Below, one piece after another: positions 1-8,428 of a DNA stretch of 29,713 nt (position 1 is the stretch's first letter; each line of letters begins with the position of its first letter). Below the pieces are notes generated by a model. That model searched no databases. It was not told the origin of the DNA and saw only the letters and a list, made by a program, of their open reading frames with translations. A program made the translations under genes and the position numbers. The stretch comes from Catalinimonas sp. (lineage in GTDB: Bacteria > Bacteroidota > Bacteroidia > Cytophagales > Flexibacteraceae): the NCBI GenBank assembly GCA_049648155.1, contig JBARYS010000208.1, positions 1-29,713 of the forward strand. Direction: 5' to 3'.

Positions 1-73
1 TCTCTGCACCGGATTTATCGCCTACCGCACCTTGCAGCCCAACGCTTCCCCGACATTGACAATCGATCAGCCG

Positions 74-460
74 ATGCCGACCCCCGACCTCGCGCCGGGT
101 GCGGTCGTGCAACTGCAGCTAATGGCCCTGCAACAGAACGACGCTCAGGACCGAGGTATCGCCACGGCGTTCAACTTCGCCTCGCCGGCGAACAAAGAAG
201 TTACCGGCCCCCTCTCCCGCTTTCGGCAACTGTTGCGCACGCCCGACTACGCGCAGCTACTCAACTTCGACTCGTTCCGCGCCGAAGAGATTCGCATCGA
301 GGGCGACCGCGCCCAGCAGATCGTCGTCGTCACCGACGCTTACGGACAGGAAGTCACCTACCTATTCGAGCTCTCGCGGCAGTCGCGCCCACCCTTTCAG
401 GGCTGCTGGATGACCGACGGGGTGATTCGACTGCGCGAAGCGCCCAGCATCCGTACGTAG
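74..460 (+). CDS. DUF4864-like domain protein
   Basis: ORF with 'VVQLQLMALQQND...GIATAFNFASP...GPLSRFRQLL...Y..LL...GCWMTDGV', the pattern recalled for DUF4864 (NTF2-like) proteins. ATG at 74 chosen; the frame is open from TTG at 32. Confidence 0.65.
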   Translation: MPTPDLAPGAVVQLQLMALQQNDAQDRGIATAFNFASPANKEVTGPLSRFRQLLRTPDYAQLLNFDSFRAEEIRIEGDRAQQIVVVTDAYGQEVTYLFELSRQSRPPFQGCWMTDGVIRLREAPSIRT

Positions 461-490
461 GCAGAGGCGCGCCTCCGGAAACCTCCGGAC

Positions 491-520
491 AAAGAAGAAG
501 GGACGCAAAATGCGCCCCTT
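491..520 (-). terminator. Probable intrinsic terminator between convergent genes
   Basis: Minus strand AAGGGGCGCA-TTT-TGCGTCCCTT stem followed by CTTCTTT, 8 nt after the thioredoxin-like gene stop. Confidence 0.55.
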
Positions 521-528
521 GAAGTCTT

Positions 529-1089
529 CTACTCCCCTTTGGCATACGCCTTCTCGTACTCTTCCCAGGGCGTCTGTTTGAAGTGATCGCCCCCGAAGTA
601 GCTGACGATCTTCAGAAACTCGTCGGCCTTCGCGTAGCCGGGCACTGCTTGCAGCAAGTTCATCTCTTCGTCGAGGTAGACCGTGGTGGGGTAGCTCATG
701 CGCCCGTTCATCAGGGTGGCGGCCAGCTCGTGGTAGCCTCTGCGCCCGCTGGCCACAAACCCGAACGTCCGCCCCTTGAACGTAATGGGATCTTTGCCCT
801 CGGCGTCGAACTTGACGGCGTAGTAGTTCTGATTTACGTATCGGGCCACGTCGGAGTCGCTGAACGTGGTCTTGTCCATCTGCTTGCACCAGCCACACCA
901 ATCGGTGTAGACGTCCAAGAATATCTTCTTCGGCTCCTTCTTGTTCAGTTCGATGGCCTCCTCGAAGGTCACCCAGTTGATCGCCTCTCCCTTGGCGGGG
1001 GGGAGCGTGCGGGCGGGCGGCGTGAGAGAGGTGAGCGTGATCAGCACGGCGAGCAGCGCGAGGGCGGCGGGCCGAGGTTTCGTTTGCAT
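529..1089 (-). CDS. Exported thioredoxin-fold protein (DUF255/SoxW-like)
   Basis: N-terminal hydrophobic signal, 'DVYTDWCGWCKQMD' CxxC motif and 'SYPTTVY' cis-Pro loop. Confidence 0.85.
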   Translation of the reverse strand: MQTKPRPAALALLAVLITLTSLTPPARTLPPAKGEAINWVTFEEAIELNKKEPKKIFLDVYTDWCGWCKQMDKTTFSDSDVARYVNQNYYAVKFDAEGKDPITFKGRTFGFVASGRRGYHELAATLMNGRMSYPTTVYLDEEMNLLQAVPGYAKADEFLKIVSYFGGDHFKQTPWEEYEKAYAKGE

Positions 1090-1244
1090 CGTAGTGGCGT
1101 TTAGTTAGTGAGGGGAGGCGTTGCAAAATAGGTGCCGGGGCGGGCGTGAAAGGGTCGCCCCGGCGGCACTTACGGCCACCCGATGCCAAAAAAACGACGG
1201 ACACGAAAAGGTTCGCGCTTCGGGGGGCGGTCCGGCCGGTAATC

Positions 1245-3482
1245 TTACACGTCCGCGTCGCCGTGCTCCAGCCGCATCACGGCTTCGATGCCGTCCACCT
1301 GGTGCAGCTTCTGGATCAGCTCGTCCAGGTGCGCGGTGTCGTGCACCAAGATTTGGATTTCACCCTCCGACATGCCGCCGTTCACGCCCATCGTGATACC
1401 CATCATGTTGACCTGTAGCTCGTCCGAGATCACACGCGTCACGTCGTTGACCAGCCCCACGCGGTCGGTGCCCCGCAGGCGCAGCGCCGCCGGAAAAGAG
1501 GCGGCGTGCTGCGAGGTCCACTTGGCCTTGATGACCCGGTAGCCGTAGTGCGACATGATGGTAGTGGCGTTCGGGCAGGTGGTGCGGTGGATGCGGATGC
1601 CGTCGTTGATGGTGACGAAGCCGAATACGTCGTCGCCGGGAATGGGACGGCAACACTTGCCGTAGGTGTAGTCCATCTGGTCCATGTCTTCGCCGATCAG
1701 CAGCGGGTCCTCGCGGCGCTCGCGGACGAGCTTCCGGGTGGCCAGCTCCTCGGCCTCGGGCAGGCTTTTGCGCGTCCCCCGCTGCGCGCGCTGCTCCAGG
1801 AAGCGGGCGATGTCGTCGAGGCCGTAGGTGCCGTCGCCGAAGCGGCTGAAGCAGTCGAGCAGCGTCTTGTGCTCCAGAAACCCGCGCAGTTCGTGGGCCA
1901 CCGCGTCGTTCGCCGGGATGCCGCGCTGCTTCAGCTTGCGCTCCACGAACGCCCTCCCCTCGGCCGCCTGCTGCCGCCGCCCCTCCCGCAGGTGGTCCTT
2001 GATCTTGGCGCGCGCCTTGGTGGTGGTGACCAACTGCAGCCAGTCCTCGCGGGGTTGCTGCTTGCTCGACGTCAGGATTTCGACCTGGTCGCCGTTGTTG
2101 AGTTGGTAGCTGATCGGCACCAGCTTTTGGTTGACCTTGGCTCCGAGGCAGTGCGCGCCGATTTCGCTGTGGATTTCGAAGGCGAAGTCGAGCGCCGTAG
2201 CCCCGCCGGGCAGCGTGCGCAGGTCGCCCTTGGGCGTGAAGACAAAGACCTCCTCGTTGTACAGGTTGCTGCGGAAGTCGTCGACAAACTCGATGGCCGA
2301 GCCGTCGGCCTGTTCCAGCAGCTCGCGCATCCGGTTGATCCAGGCATCGAGGCCACCTACGGGCTTGCCGTTCTTGTGCCCCTTAGCCTTGCCGGCGGCG
2401 TGCTTGTACTTCCAGTGCGCGGCGTAGCCCTTCTCGGCGATCTCGTCCATCCGCTGTGTGCGGATCTGCACCTCTACCCACTGCCCGGCCTTGCTCATTA
2501 CGGTGGTGTGCAGCGACTCGTAGCCGTTGCCCTTTGGCATCGAAATCCAGTCGCGCAGCCGGTCGGTGTTGGGCTTGTAGTAGTCGGTCACGATCGAGTA
2601 GACCTGCCAGCAAGCGGCTTTTTCCTGCTCGGGCGACGTGCTCAGGATGATACGGACGGCGAAGAGGTCGTAAACCTTCTCGAACGGGATGTTCTGCTTC
2701 TTCATCTTGTTCCAGATCGAGTGGATGCTCTTGGGGCGTCCCTTAACCTTGAACTCGAAGCCCTGCTCCTGCAAGGCGTTGCGGATGGGCGCGATGAAGT
2801 CGCGGATGAACTTGGCGCGGGCGTCCTTGGTCTGCCTGATCTTGCGGGCAATCTCGCGGTAAACGTCCGCCTCCAGATACTTTAGGCTCAGGTCTTCCAG
2901 CTCCGTCTTGATGTTGTACAGCCCCAGGCGGTGGGCCAGCGGCGCGTAGATGTACGACGTCTCGGAGGCGATCTTGAGCTGCTTGTTGCGCGGCATACTG
3001 TCGAGCGTGCGCATGTTGTGCAGCCGGTCGGCCAGCTTGATCAGGATCACGCGGACGTCGTCCGAGAGCGTCAGCAGCATCTTCCGGAAGTTCTCGGCCT
3101 GTTCGGAAGATCCCTGCTGGAACACGCCCGAAATCTTGGTCAGCCCGTCGATGATGCTGGCCACCTTCGGCCCGAACTGCCGCTCGATGTCGCCCAGCTC
3201 CACGTCGGTATCCTCGACCACGTCGTGCAATAGCGCCGACACGATGGCGGTGGTTCCCAGGCCGATCTCCTCGACGGCGATCTGCGCCACGGCCAGCGGG
3301 TGGTAGATGTACGGCTCGCCCGACTTGCGGCGCATGTCCTTGTGGGCCTCCTGGGCTACGGTAAACGCCCGGCGGATGGTGCGGGCGTCGTCTTCCTTCA
3401 GGTGCGGGCGAGCTAAGCGCAGCAGCCGCCGGTAGCGGCGGACGATCTCGGTCTTCTCCTGGGTGAGGTCAGCGGTTATCAT
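1245..3482 (-). CDS. relA: Long RSH bifunctional (p)ppGpp synthetase/hydrolase (RelA/SpoT family)
   Basis: HD hydrolase motifs 'RKSGEPYIYHP' and 'HDVVED'; synthetase motifs 'GRPKS', 'YESLHT', 'EVQIRT'; TGS domain 'VFTPKG...DFAFEIHS'; 'CCRPIPGD' Zn motif; C-terminal ACT 'DRVGLVND'. Start placed at ATG 3482 (MITADL). Confidence 0.95.
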   Translation of the reverse strand: MITADLTQEKTEIVRRYRRLLRLARPHLKEDDARTIRRAFTVAQEAHKDMRRKSGEPYIYHPLAVAQIAVEEIGLGTTAIVSALLHDVVEDTDVELGDIERQFGPKVASIIDGLTKISGVFQQGSSEQAENFRKMLLTLSDDVRVILIKLADRLHNMRTLDSMPRNKQLKIASETSYIYAPLAHRLGLYNIKTELEDLSLKYLEADVYREIARKIRQTKDARAKFIRDFIAPIRNALQEQGFEFKVKGRPKSIHSIWNKMKKQNIPFEKVYDLFAVRIILSTSPEQEKAACWQVYSIVTDYYKPNTDRLRDWISMPKGNGYESLHTTVMSKAGQWVEVQIRTQRMDEIAEKGYAAHWKYKHAAGKAKGHKNGKPVGGLDAWINRMRELLEQADGSAIEFVDDFRSNLYNEEVFVFTPKGDLRTLPGGATALDFAFEIHSEIGAHCLGAKVNQKLVPISYQLNNGDQVEILTSSKQQPREDWLQLVTTTKARAKIKDHLREGRRQQAAEGRAFVERKLKQRGIPANDAVAHELRGFLEHKTLLDCFSRFGDGTYGLDDIARFLEQRAQRGTRKSLPEAEELATRKLVRERREDPLLIGEDMDQMDYTYGKCCRPIPGDDVFGFVTINDGIRIHRTTCPNATTIMSHYGYRVIKAKWTSQHAASFPAALRLRGTDRVGLVNDVTRVISDELQVNMMGITMGVNGGMSEGEIQILVHDTAHLDELIQKLHQVDGIEAVMRLEHGDADV

Positions 3483-3573
3483 AGGCGTACTCACCAAAGA
3501 AAACAATTTCGGTGGCATTCGCAATTCCCGCGCGTCGTGCTCTCCCCGCCTCAACTCCCTGACGTACCGGTTT

Positions 3574-4095
3574 CTACCGCTGAAACTCGGTGTAGAGCAG
3601 GCTGGGCTGCACGCCGTTGTTGTTGTGGTACTTCAGGCTGTTGTAGGGGGTGTACTCACCGCGCATCTCGGCAAAGTAGATCTGGCAGATTTCGACGCCC
3701 GCGTAGATGCGCACCGGTTTCACGCAGGCGATCTCGAGCGTCCAGTAGCCGTTGGCCCCTACGTGCCCTAGGCCCGCCGTGATGTGAATGGTGATGCCCA
3801 GCCGCCCGACCGACGAGCGCCCTTCGAGCATCGGTACGCACCGGTCGGCACGGGTGGTCTCGATGGTGCGGCCCAAGTAAAGCTCGCCGGGCTCCAGCAC
3901 CAGCCCCCCGTCGGGAATAGTGACGCGGTGGTAGGCGTTCTCGCGCTTCATGTCGAGCAAGGCGCTCTTGTAGATCAGCAGCTCGTGGTGGAGGCGCAGG
4001 TTGTAGCTGTTGGGATTCAGGCGGTCTGCCACGAAGGGATCGATGTGAATGTCGTCCCCGAGGCGGCGTTGAATCTCTTTTCCGGATAAGATCAT
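3574..4095 (-). CDS. dcd: dCTP deaminase family protein with atypical sugar-binding motif
   Basis: 'MILS', 'LNPNSYNLRL', 'EGRSSVGRLG', 'TLEI', 'ICQIYF', 'KY.N..G...S' motifs of the trimeric Dcd/dUTPase fold. Confidence 0.85.
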   Translation of the reverse strand: MILSGKEIQRRLGDDIHIDPFVADRLNPNSYNLRLHHELLIYKSALLDMKRENAYHRVTIPDGGLVLEPGELYLGRTIETTRADRCVPMLEGRSSVGRLGITIHITAGLGHVGANGYWTLEIACVKPVRIYAGVEICQIYFAEMRGEYTPYNSLKYHNNNGVQPSLLYTEFQR

Positions 4096-4334
4096 ATGTA
4101 ATCAGACTAACGTGCTCCGACGCCGACAACTTGCCCCGGCGGGGGCCATGCGTACAAATCGTTCGGCACGCGGGCGGTAGGCACGTAAGGTCTGTACGCA
4201 TATTTCCGATAGAAGGTCAGAAAGGCGGCGCGGCAGGCAACTTTCGTGCTATCAGATCCCGTAATTACCGTGCCGCCCAGGTGGCGAATTGTTATACCAC
4301 ACTAATGCGCCCTCCGACGGGCCTTGTTAAAACG

Positions 4335-5153
4335 ATGGGTAAGCCCTTTTCTCTTTTGGCGGCTCTGCTGTTGGCAGCGAGTTGCGCGAGCCCCCGCCTG
4401 GCGGAGCAAAATGCCGTGACGCCCGTCGAGCCGCTACCTCACCGTTACCTCGTTGCCCTGAGTGAAGAGAGCCACCGGGAAACGCTGGAGACTTACCCCC
4501 GCTCGGCGCACACCGCACACGCGGCGCTGCTCGAAGAGGTGGGCCAACGCCTCACCAAGGCGGTGGTCAAGTACTTGGCAAGCAACGGCTTGCAAGAGCA
4601 CGTGGAGGGCAACCAGTGGCGCTACGCCCTGCTGGCGTCCGACCAGGTGATGGCCTCCTGCCTGCCCGGTGGGCAGATCGTGTTCCACGAGGGGATGATA
4701 CCCTACTGCGAGGGAGCCGAAGGAGTCGCGGCGGTGATGGCCCACACCGTGGCGCACGCCATCTCGCAACACGGCGACGAGCGCCTGCGCGCGCAGCTCA
4801 CCGATCGGTTCGAAGGGGCTTCGCTGAAAGAAGCGCACGACAAGGAACCGCTGCGCGCCGCGCACCTCGTGTCGTCGTCGTTCGGCCTCGTCAAGGACAC
4901 CAACCAGATTCTACCCTACCGCCCGCAGCACGAAGCCGAGGCCGACGAGATCGCGCTTTACTTCATGGCCCTGGCGGGCTACGACCCCCGGCAGGCCCCG
5001 GCGGTCTGGGCTCGGCTGGCCGCCGGGGCCGACGGCTCGACCTTCCTCCGCATACATCCCTGCCCGGCCGACCACGAACAACAGCTTCGGAAGCACATGA
5101 AAAAGGCGGTGCGCATCTACCGCCAGCACAACCGGGCCGTGGCCCGCCGGTAA
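4335..5153 (+). CDS. M48-family (Oma1/LoiP-like) metallopeptidase homolog, lipoprotein, probably inactive
   Basis: Lipobox 'LLLAASC', 'SCLPGGQIVF', HExxH position reads HTVAH, third-ligand motif 'HEAEAD', 'AGYDP', 'FLRIHP'. Start set at ATG 4335. Confidence 0.8.
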   Translation: MGKPFSLLAALLLAASCASPRLAEQNAVTPVEPLPHRYLVALSEESHRETLETYPRSAHTAHAALLEEVGQRLTKAVVKYLASNGLQEHVEGNQWRYALLASDQVMASCLPGGQIVFHEGMIPYCEGAEGVAAVMAHTVAHAISQHGDERLRAQLTDRFEGASLKEAHDKEPLRAAHLVSSSFGLVKDTNQILPYRPQHEAEADEIALYFMALAGYDPRQAPAVWARLAAGADGSTFLRIHPCPADHEQQLRKHMKKAVRIYRQHNRAVARR

Positions 5154-5933
5154 GAAGCTGCCTTAGAGCCGCTCGGAATCCTGAAACGGCCTCAATCCCT
5201 GCCCTTCAGATATTCGGTAGACGGGGGGACGTTCGAGATCTACTCGGAGCCGTTTTACCTCCCCAGCGAGCCGGGACGGCACGAGGTACGCTACTACGCC
5301 CTCGACAATGCCGACAACGAAGGGGGGCGCGGACGAGACGGTGGCAAGTACGCGCGCTACAAGCACAACGTCAACCGCATCTACGTCGACCTGAACGGTC
5401 CTAAGCTCGACTCCCGCTTCCGTGGGCCCACGGCAACCATCGGTGGAGAGCAGTTCATCAGCCCCGAGACGGACATCGTGCTGACGGGGCAAGACGGAGA
5501 GTCGGGCGTGCAGTACCTCGCGTACGCCCTGAACGACCAACCCGGCGAGACGCGCTACGCCGAGCCGTTCAGGGTAGCGCAGCACGGCCCCCACCGCCTG
5601 GTGACCTTCGGCTACGACAATGTGAACAACCGCAACCGTAGCGAGGGTACTTTCTTAGTCGACGCGACGCCGCCGGAGATCAGCGAGAACTTCAGCATCG
5701 GCACCACGGCGGCGGGCGCTTATCTACCCTCGGTTACGATCTTTTTGTCGGCCACCGACCAAGACCCGGGCATCAAGGGGGCCTTCTACCGGATCGACGG
5801 CGGCCCCGAACGGGCCTACGCGGGGTCGGGGGGCGGCTTCAAACCGGGCCGGTCGTACCAAGTCACCGTGCGGGCCGTCGACGGCGTCGACAACGAGGCC
5901 ACCAAGACCATCCGCTTCGACACTGCCGAGTAG
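5154..5933 (+). pseudogene. 5'-truncated remnant of an Ig-like/OmpL47-type beta-sandwich repeat protein
   Basis: 259-codon open frame with no ATG and no signal peptide. It holds three related repeats: 'YSVDGG...Y.EPF...GRHEVRYYALDNADN', 'DGESGV..LAY...YAEPF...GPHRLVTFGYDNVNN', 'DQDPGI...YRIDGG...YQVTVRAVDGVDN'. Repeat similarity starts near 5211, well upstream of the GTG at 5478. Confidence 0.6.
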
Positions 5934-6929
5934 CTACCGGGACTTGCTGAACCAGTCGGTCGGGCGGCGGCGGCACAGTTCGCGTTGCGCCTCGACGGGT
6001 AGCTTGAGCACATCTTGGCACTCGGCCGAGCAACACGTCTCGTGAGCGGCGGCGCACGCGTCGCACTGCAAAAAGAGCCGGTGGCACGCCTGATTGGCAC
6101 AGTTGCGGTGGGTGTCGCACGGCGCGCCGCACTGGTGGCACTGGCTGATCACCTCGCCGCTGATGCGCTCGCCCATCCGCTCGTCGAACACGAAATTTTT
6201 ACCCCGGAAGCGGTTAGGCAGTCCGGCGGCCTCGGCCTGGCGGGTGTAATGAATGATGCCCCCTTCGAGCTGAAAGACCTTGCGGAACCCCCGGTGCTTC
6301 AGGTACGCCGACGCCTTCTCGCAGCGGATGCCGCCGGTGCAGTACATCACCACAGGTTGCTCTTCCTTACCGCGCAGCGTCTCTTCGGCCAGGGGCAGCG
6401 CCTCGCGGAACGTCGCCGCCGGCAGCCCCACGGCCCCTTCGAAGTGCCCCACCTCGAACTCGTAGTGGTTGCGCATATCGACGACGATGGTCTCGGGACG
6501 GGCCGTGAGCGCGTTGAAGCCCGCCGCGTCCAGGTGTTGCCCCCGGTCCGTGACATCGAACGTATCGTCGCGCAGCCCGTCGGCCACGATCTTCTCCTTC
6601 ACCTTGATCGTCAATTTAAAGAACGACTTACCGTCATCTTCCACCGCCGCGTTCAGGCGTAGCTCGCCCAGGTAGAGATGCGCTTGCAGGTACGTGCGGA
6701 AGTCGGCCAGGCGCGCTTCGGGCAAGCTGATTTGCGCGTTGATGCCCTCGTTGGCCACGTAAACGCGCCCCAGCGCACCCAGTGGCCGCCAGGCGGCGTA
6801 AAGGTCGTCGCGGAAGGCGGCCGGATCGGCCACACGGACGTAGCGGTAGAAGGAGAGCGTGAGCCGGCGTTCGGCGTCGGTAGCGAGCCGTTCGCGCAGT
6901 GCCCGGCGGTTCACACGGTTGTGTAACAT
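5934..6929 (-). CDS. trhO: tRNA U34 hydroxylase TrhO (UPF0176 rhodanese-domain protein)
   Basis: 'SFYRY', 'GRVYVANEGINAQIS', 'DMRNHYEFEVGHFEGA', 'MYCTGGIRCEKAS', 'QLEGGI', 'GKNFVFDER' and a C-terminal Cys-rich region. Confidence 0.93.
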   Translation of the reverse strand: MLHNRVNRRALRERLATDAERRLTLSFYRYVRVADPAAFRDDLYAAWRPLGALGRVYVANEGINAQISLPEARLADFRTYLQAHLYLGELRLNAAVEDDGKSFFKLTIKVKEKIVADGLRDDTFDVTDRGQHLDAAGFNALTARPETIVVDMRNHYEFEVGHFEGAVGLPAATFREALPLAEETLRGKEEQPVVMYCTGGIRCEKASAYLKHRGFRKVFQLEGGIIHYTRQAEAAGLPNRFRGKNFVFDERMGERISGEVISQCHQCGAPCDTHRNCANQACHRLFLQCDACAAAHETCCSAECQDVLKLPVEAQRELCRRRPTDWFSKSR

Positions 6930-7171
6930 CAGGGAGCAGGTTCTTTAGGTGGGGGCACGGGGTCATAGCCGTGACCGCCCCACGGATGACAGCGGCCGAT
7001 GCGCCTCAGTCCCAGCCATACGCCCCGCCGGGGGCCGTAGGTGCGTACGGCCTCGATCATGTACTGCGAGCAGGTAGGCGCGTAGCGGCAGGCCATCGGG
7101 AACCACGGCGAAATGGCGAGCTGGTAGCCCCGCACGAGGCCGATTAATATCTTGACGAGTAGAGATCGCAT
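6929..7171 (-). CDS. yidD: Membrane protein insertion efficiency factor YidD
   Basis: 'YQLAISP...[10 protein letters not shown]...[17 protein letters not shown]'. Its TGA overlaps the trhO ATG by 1 nt (TGATG). Confidence 0.95.
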   Translation of the reverse strand: MRSLLVKILIGLVRGYQLAISPWFPMACRYAPTCSQYMIEAVRTYGPRRGVWLGLRRIGRCHPWGGHGYDPVPPPKEPAP

Positions 7172-7205
7172 GCAAAGAGCCACCCCGAGGGGAGCGGCTC
7201 TTTGT
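7172..7205 (-). promoter_or_regulatory. Stem-loop immediately upstream of the yidD start codon (terminator/attenuator or translational control)
   Basis: Minus strand CAAAGAGCC...GGCTCTTTG stem ending 1 nt before the yidD ATG. Confidence 0.4.
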
Positions 7206-7229
7206 AAAAAACGTGCGCGGCGGAATGGT

Positions 7230-8138
7230 TCACGCCCAGAGCTTCGAGGGGTAAGTGCCGCCTTCGATCAGCGCGTTGACCTTGCCGATCACCTCGGGCT
7301 TGTCCTCTTTGTAAGTCACTCCGAACCAGTGGTCCTGCGACGTGAGCACTTTACAGGAGACCTCATTGTGCGCCACCAGACCGTTCAGCACGTCCGGGAT
7401 GGTCATCTCGGCGGTGGGGTCGTCGATATTCGCCTTGACAAAGCGCCCGAAGTGCTCGTCGATGTAGTCGAAAAACGAGGGCGCGAAGCCGAACATGTTC
7501 ATCGACACGACGGTGTCTTCACCCAGCGTGCCCTGCTCACCGTCGGGGTTGTGAAAGCCGATCACGCCCGCCTCGTCGCGGCCCACCTTCTTGCGCTCCA
7601 CGATCTCGGCCAGGAAGTAGTGCTCGTCTACCTGGCAGACCCCGCGCGACACCGTGCCGTGCGGTGAGAGCGTGTTGGGCAGTTCGTAGCCCACCATGCA
7701 GTAGCGCTTGCCCTCGTCGGCGGGTAGTTGCGTCAGAAAGTCGTGCAGCAGTTGGTAGGCCTGCACGCCGTAGTAGTCGTCGGCGTTGATCACGGCGAAG
7801 GGCTCGTTCACCACCCCTTTGGCAGCCAGCACCGCCTGCGCTGTACCCCAAGGCTTTTTTCGCTCCACGGTTTTGGAGGTGTACTTCGACACGTCGGGCT
7901 CCTGGTAGACGTATTCGGTTGGAATTTGCGCCGCAAGCTTGTCGCCGAAGGCCTCCTTAAAATCCTTCTCGATGTCGCGGCGGATTACGAACACCACCTT
8001 GCCGAAGTCGGCGCGGACGGCATCGTAGATAGAGTAGTCGATGATCACTTCGCCGGAAGGCCCCATGGGGTCCATCTGCTTCAGGCCACCGTAGCGGCTG
8101 CCCATACCGGCGGCCAGGATCACGAGGGTAGGTTTCAT
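7230..8138 (-). CDS. Sugar-phosphate nucleotidyltransferase (NTP_transferase family)
   Basis: '[17 protein letters not shown]', 'KPWGTAQA', '[11 protein letters not shown]', 'SMNMFGF', 'WFGVTYKED'. Confidence 0.9.
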   Translation of the reverse strand: MKPTLVILAAGMGSRYGGLKQMDPMGPSGEVIIDYSIYDAVRADFGKVVFVIRRDIEKDFKEAFGDKLAAQIPTEYVYQEPDVSKYTSKTVERKKPWGTAQAVLAAKGVVNEPFAVINADDYYGVQAYQLLHDFLTQLPADEGKRYCMVGYELPNTLSPHGTVSRGVCQVDEHYFLAEIVERKKVGRDEAGVIGFHNPDGEQGTLGEDTVVSMNMFGFAPSFFDYIDEHFGRFVKANIDDPTAEMTIPDVLNGLVAHNEVSCKVLTSQDHWFGVTYKEDKPEVIGKVNALIEGGTYPSKLWA

Positions 8139-8294
8139 ATAGGTACAGACTGGTTTGGATTTTGGAATAACAAAAATGCACTATGCAAACGGAGGATGCA
8201 AAGCGCGACGGCCATAGCTGGGCCGAAGCCACCCGGATGCACACCGCCGTTCGTTTTCGGCGGCTCAAGGGCCCGCACCCTGAAGAGCAGAATT

Positions 8295-8314
8295 TACCCC
8301 AGGCTGTACCCCAG
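8295..8314. repeat. Direct repeat TACCCCAG x2, 12-bp period, just beyond the tRNA 3' end
   Basis: Copies at 8295-8302 and 8307-8314. Confidence 0.6.
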
Positions 8315-8320
8315 AACGCC

Positions 8321-8354
8321 AAAACGCCCCCTACGCGCCGTAGAGGGCGTTTTT
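8321..8354 (-). terminator. Intrinsic terminator downstream of tRNA-Arg (potentially bidirectional)
   Basis: AAAACGCCC-C-CTAC-GCGCC-GTAG-A-GGGCGTTTT hairpin with A/T tracts on both sides. Confidence 0.75.
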
Positions 8355-8356
8355 AG

Positions 8357-8428
8357 TAGCCCCGCTAGGAATCGAACCTAGATCTAAAGTTTAGGAAACT
8401 TCTATTCTATCCATTGAACTACGGGGCC
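8357..8428 (-). tRNA. tRNA-Arg(CCT), CCA not encoded
   Basis: Minus strand folds as GGCCCCG TA GTTC-AATGGATA-GAAT A GAAGT-TTCCTAA-ACTTT AGAT CTAGG-TTCGATT-CCTAG CGGGGCT A (72 nt). Anticodon CCT. Confidence 0.97.

Noticed and set aside
1506..2885. 459-aa + strand ORF antisense to relA (likewise 25568-26860 +, 15620-16774 -, 20073-20933 -)
   Set aside because: Shadow ORFs expected from high-GC codon bias opposite well-conserved genes; no recognisable motifs.
4173..4180. GGCGGTAG resembling the enterobacterial ops element
   Set aside because: Not upstream of the polysaccharide operon, lacks the rest of the context, is common in GC-rich DNA, and RfaH-type ops is not the Bacteroidota system.
4616..5404. 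Arg/Pro/Gly-rich alternative-frame ORFs (also 362-1204, 14444-14917 and the N-terminal part of 18388-19440)
   Set aside because: Composition is typical of off-frame translation of GC-rich DNA, and they overlap better-supported genes.
8212..8221. CCATAGCTGG identical to the candidate sRNA seed, making the minus strand upstream of the nucleotidyltransferase gene complementary to it
   Set aside because: A single 10-mer match about 75 nt upstream of the start codon, possibly outside the transcript; compatible with chance.
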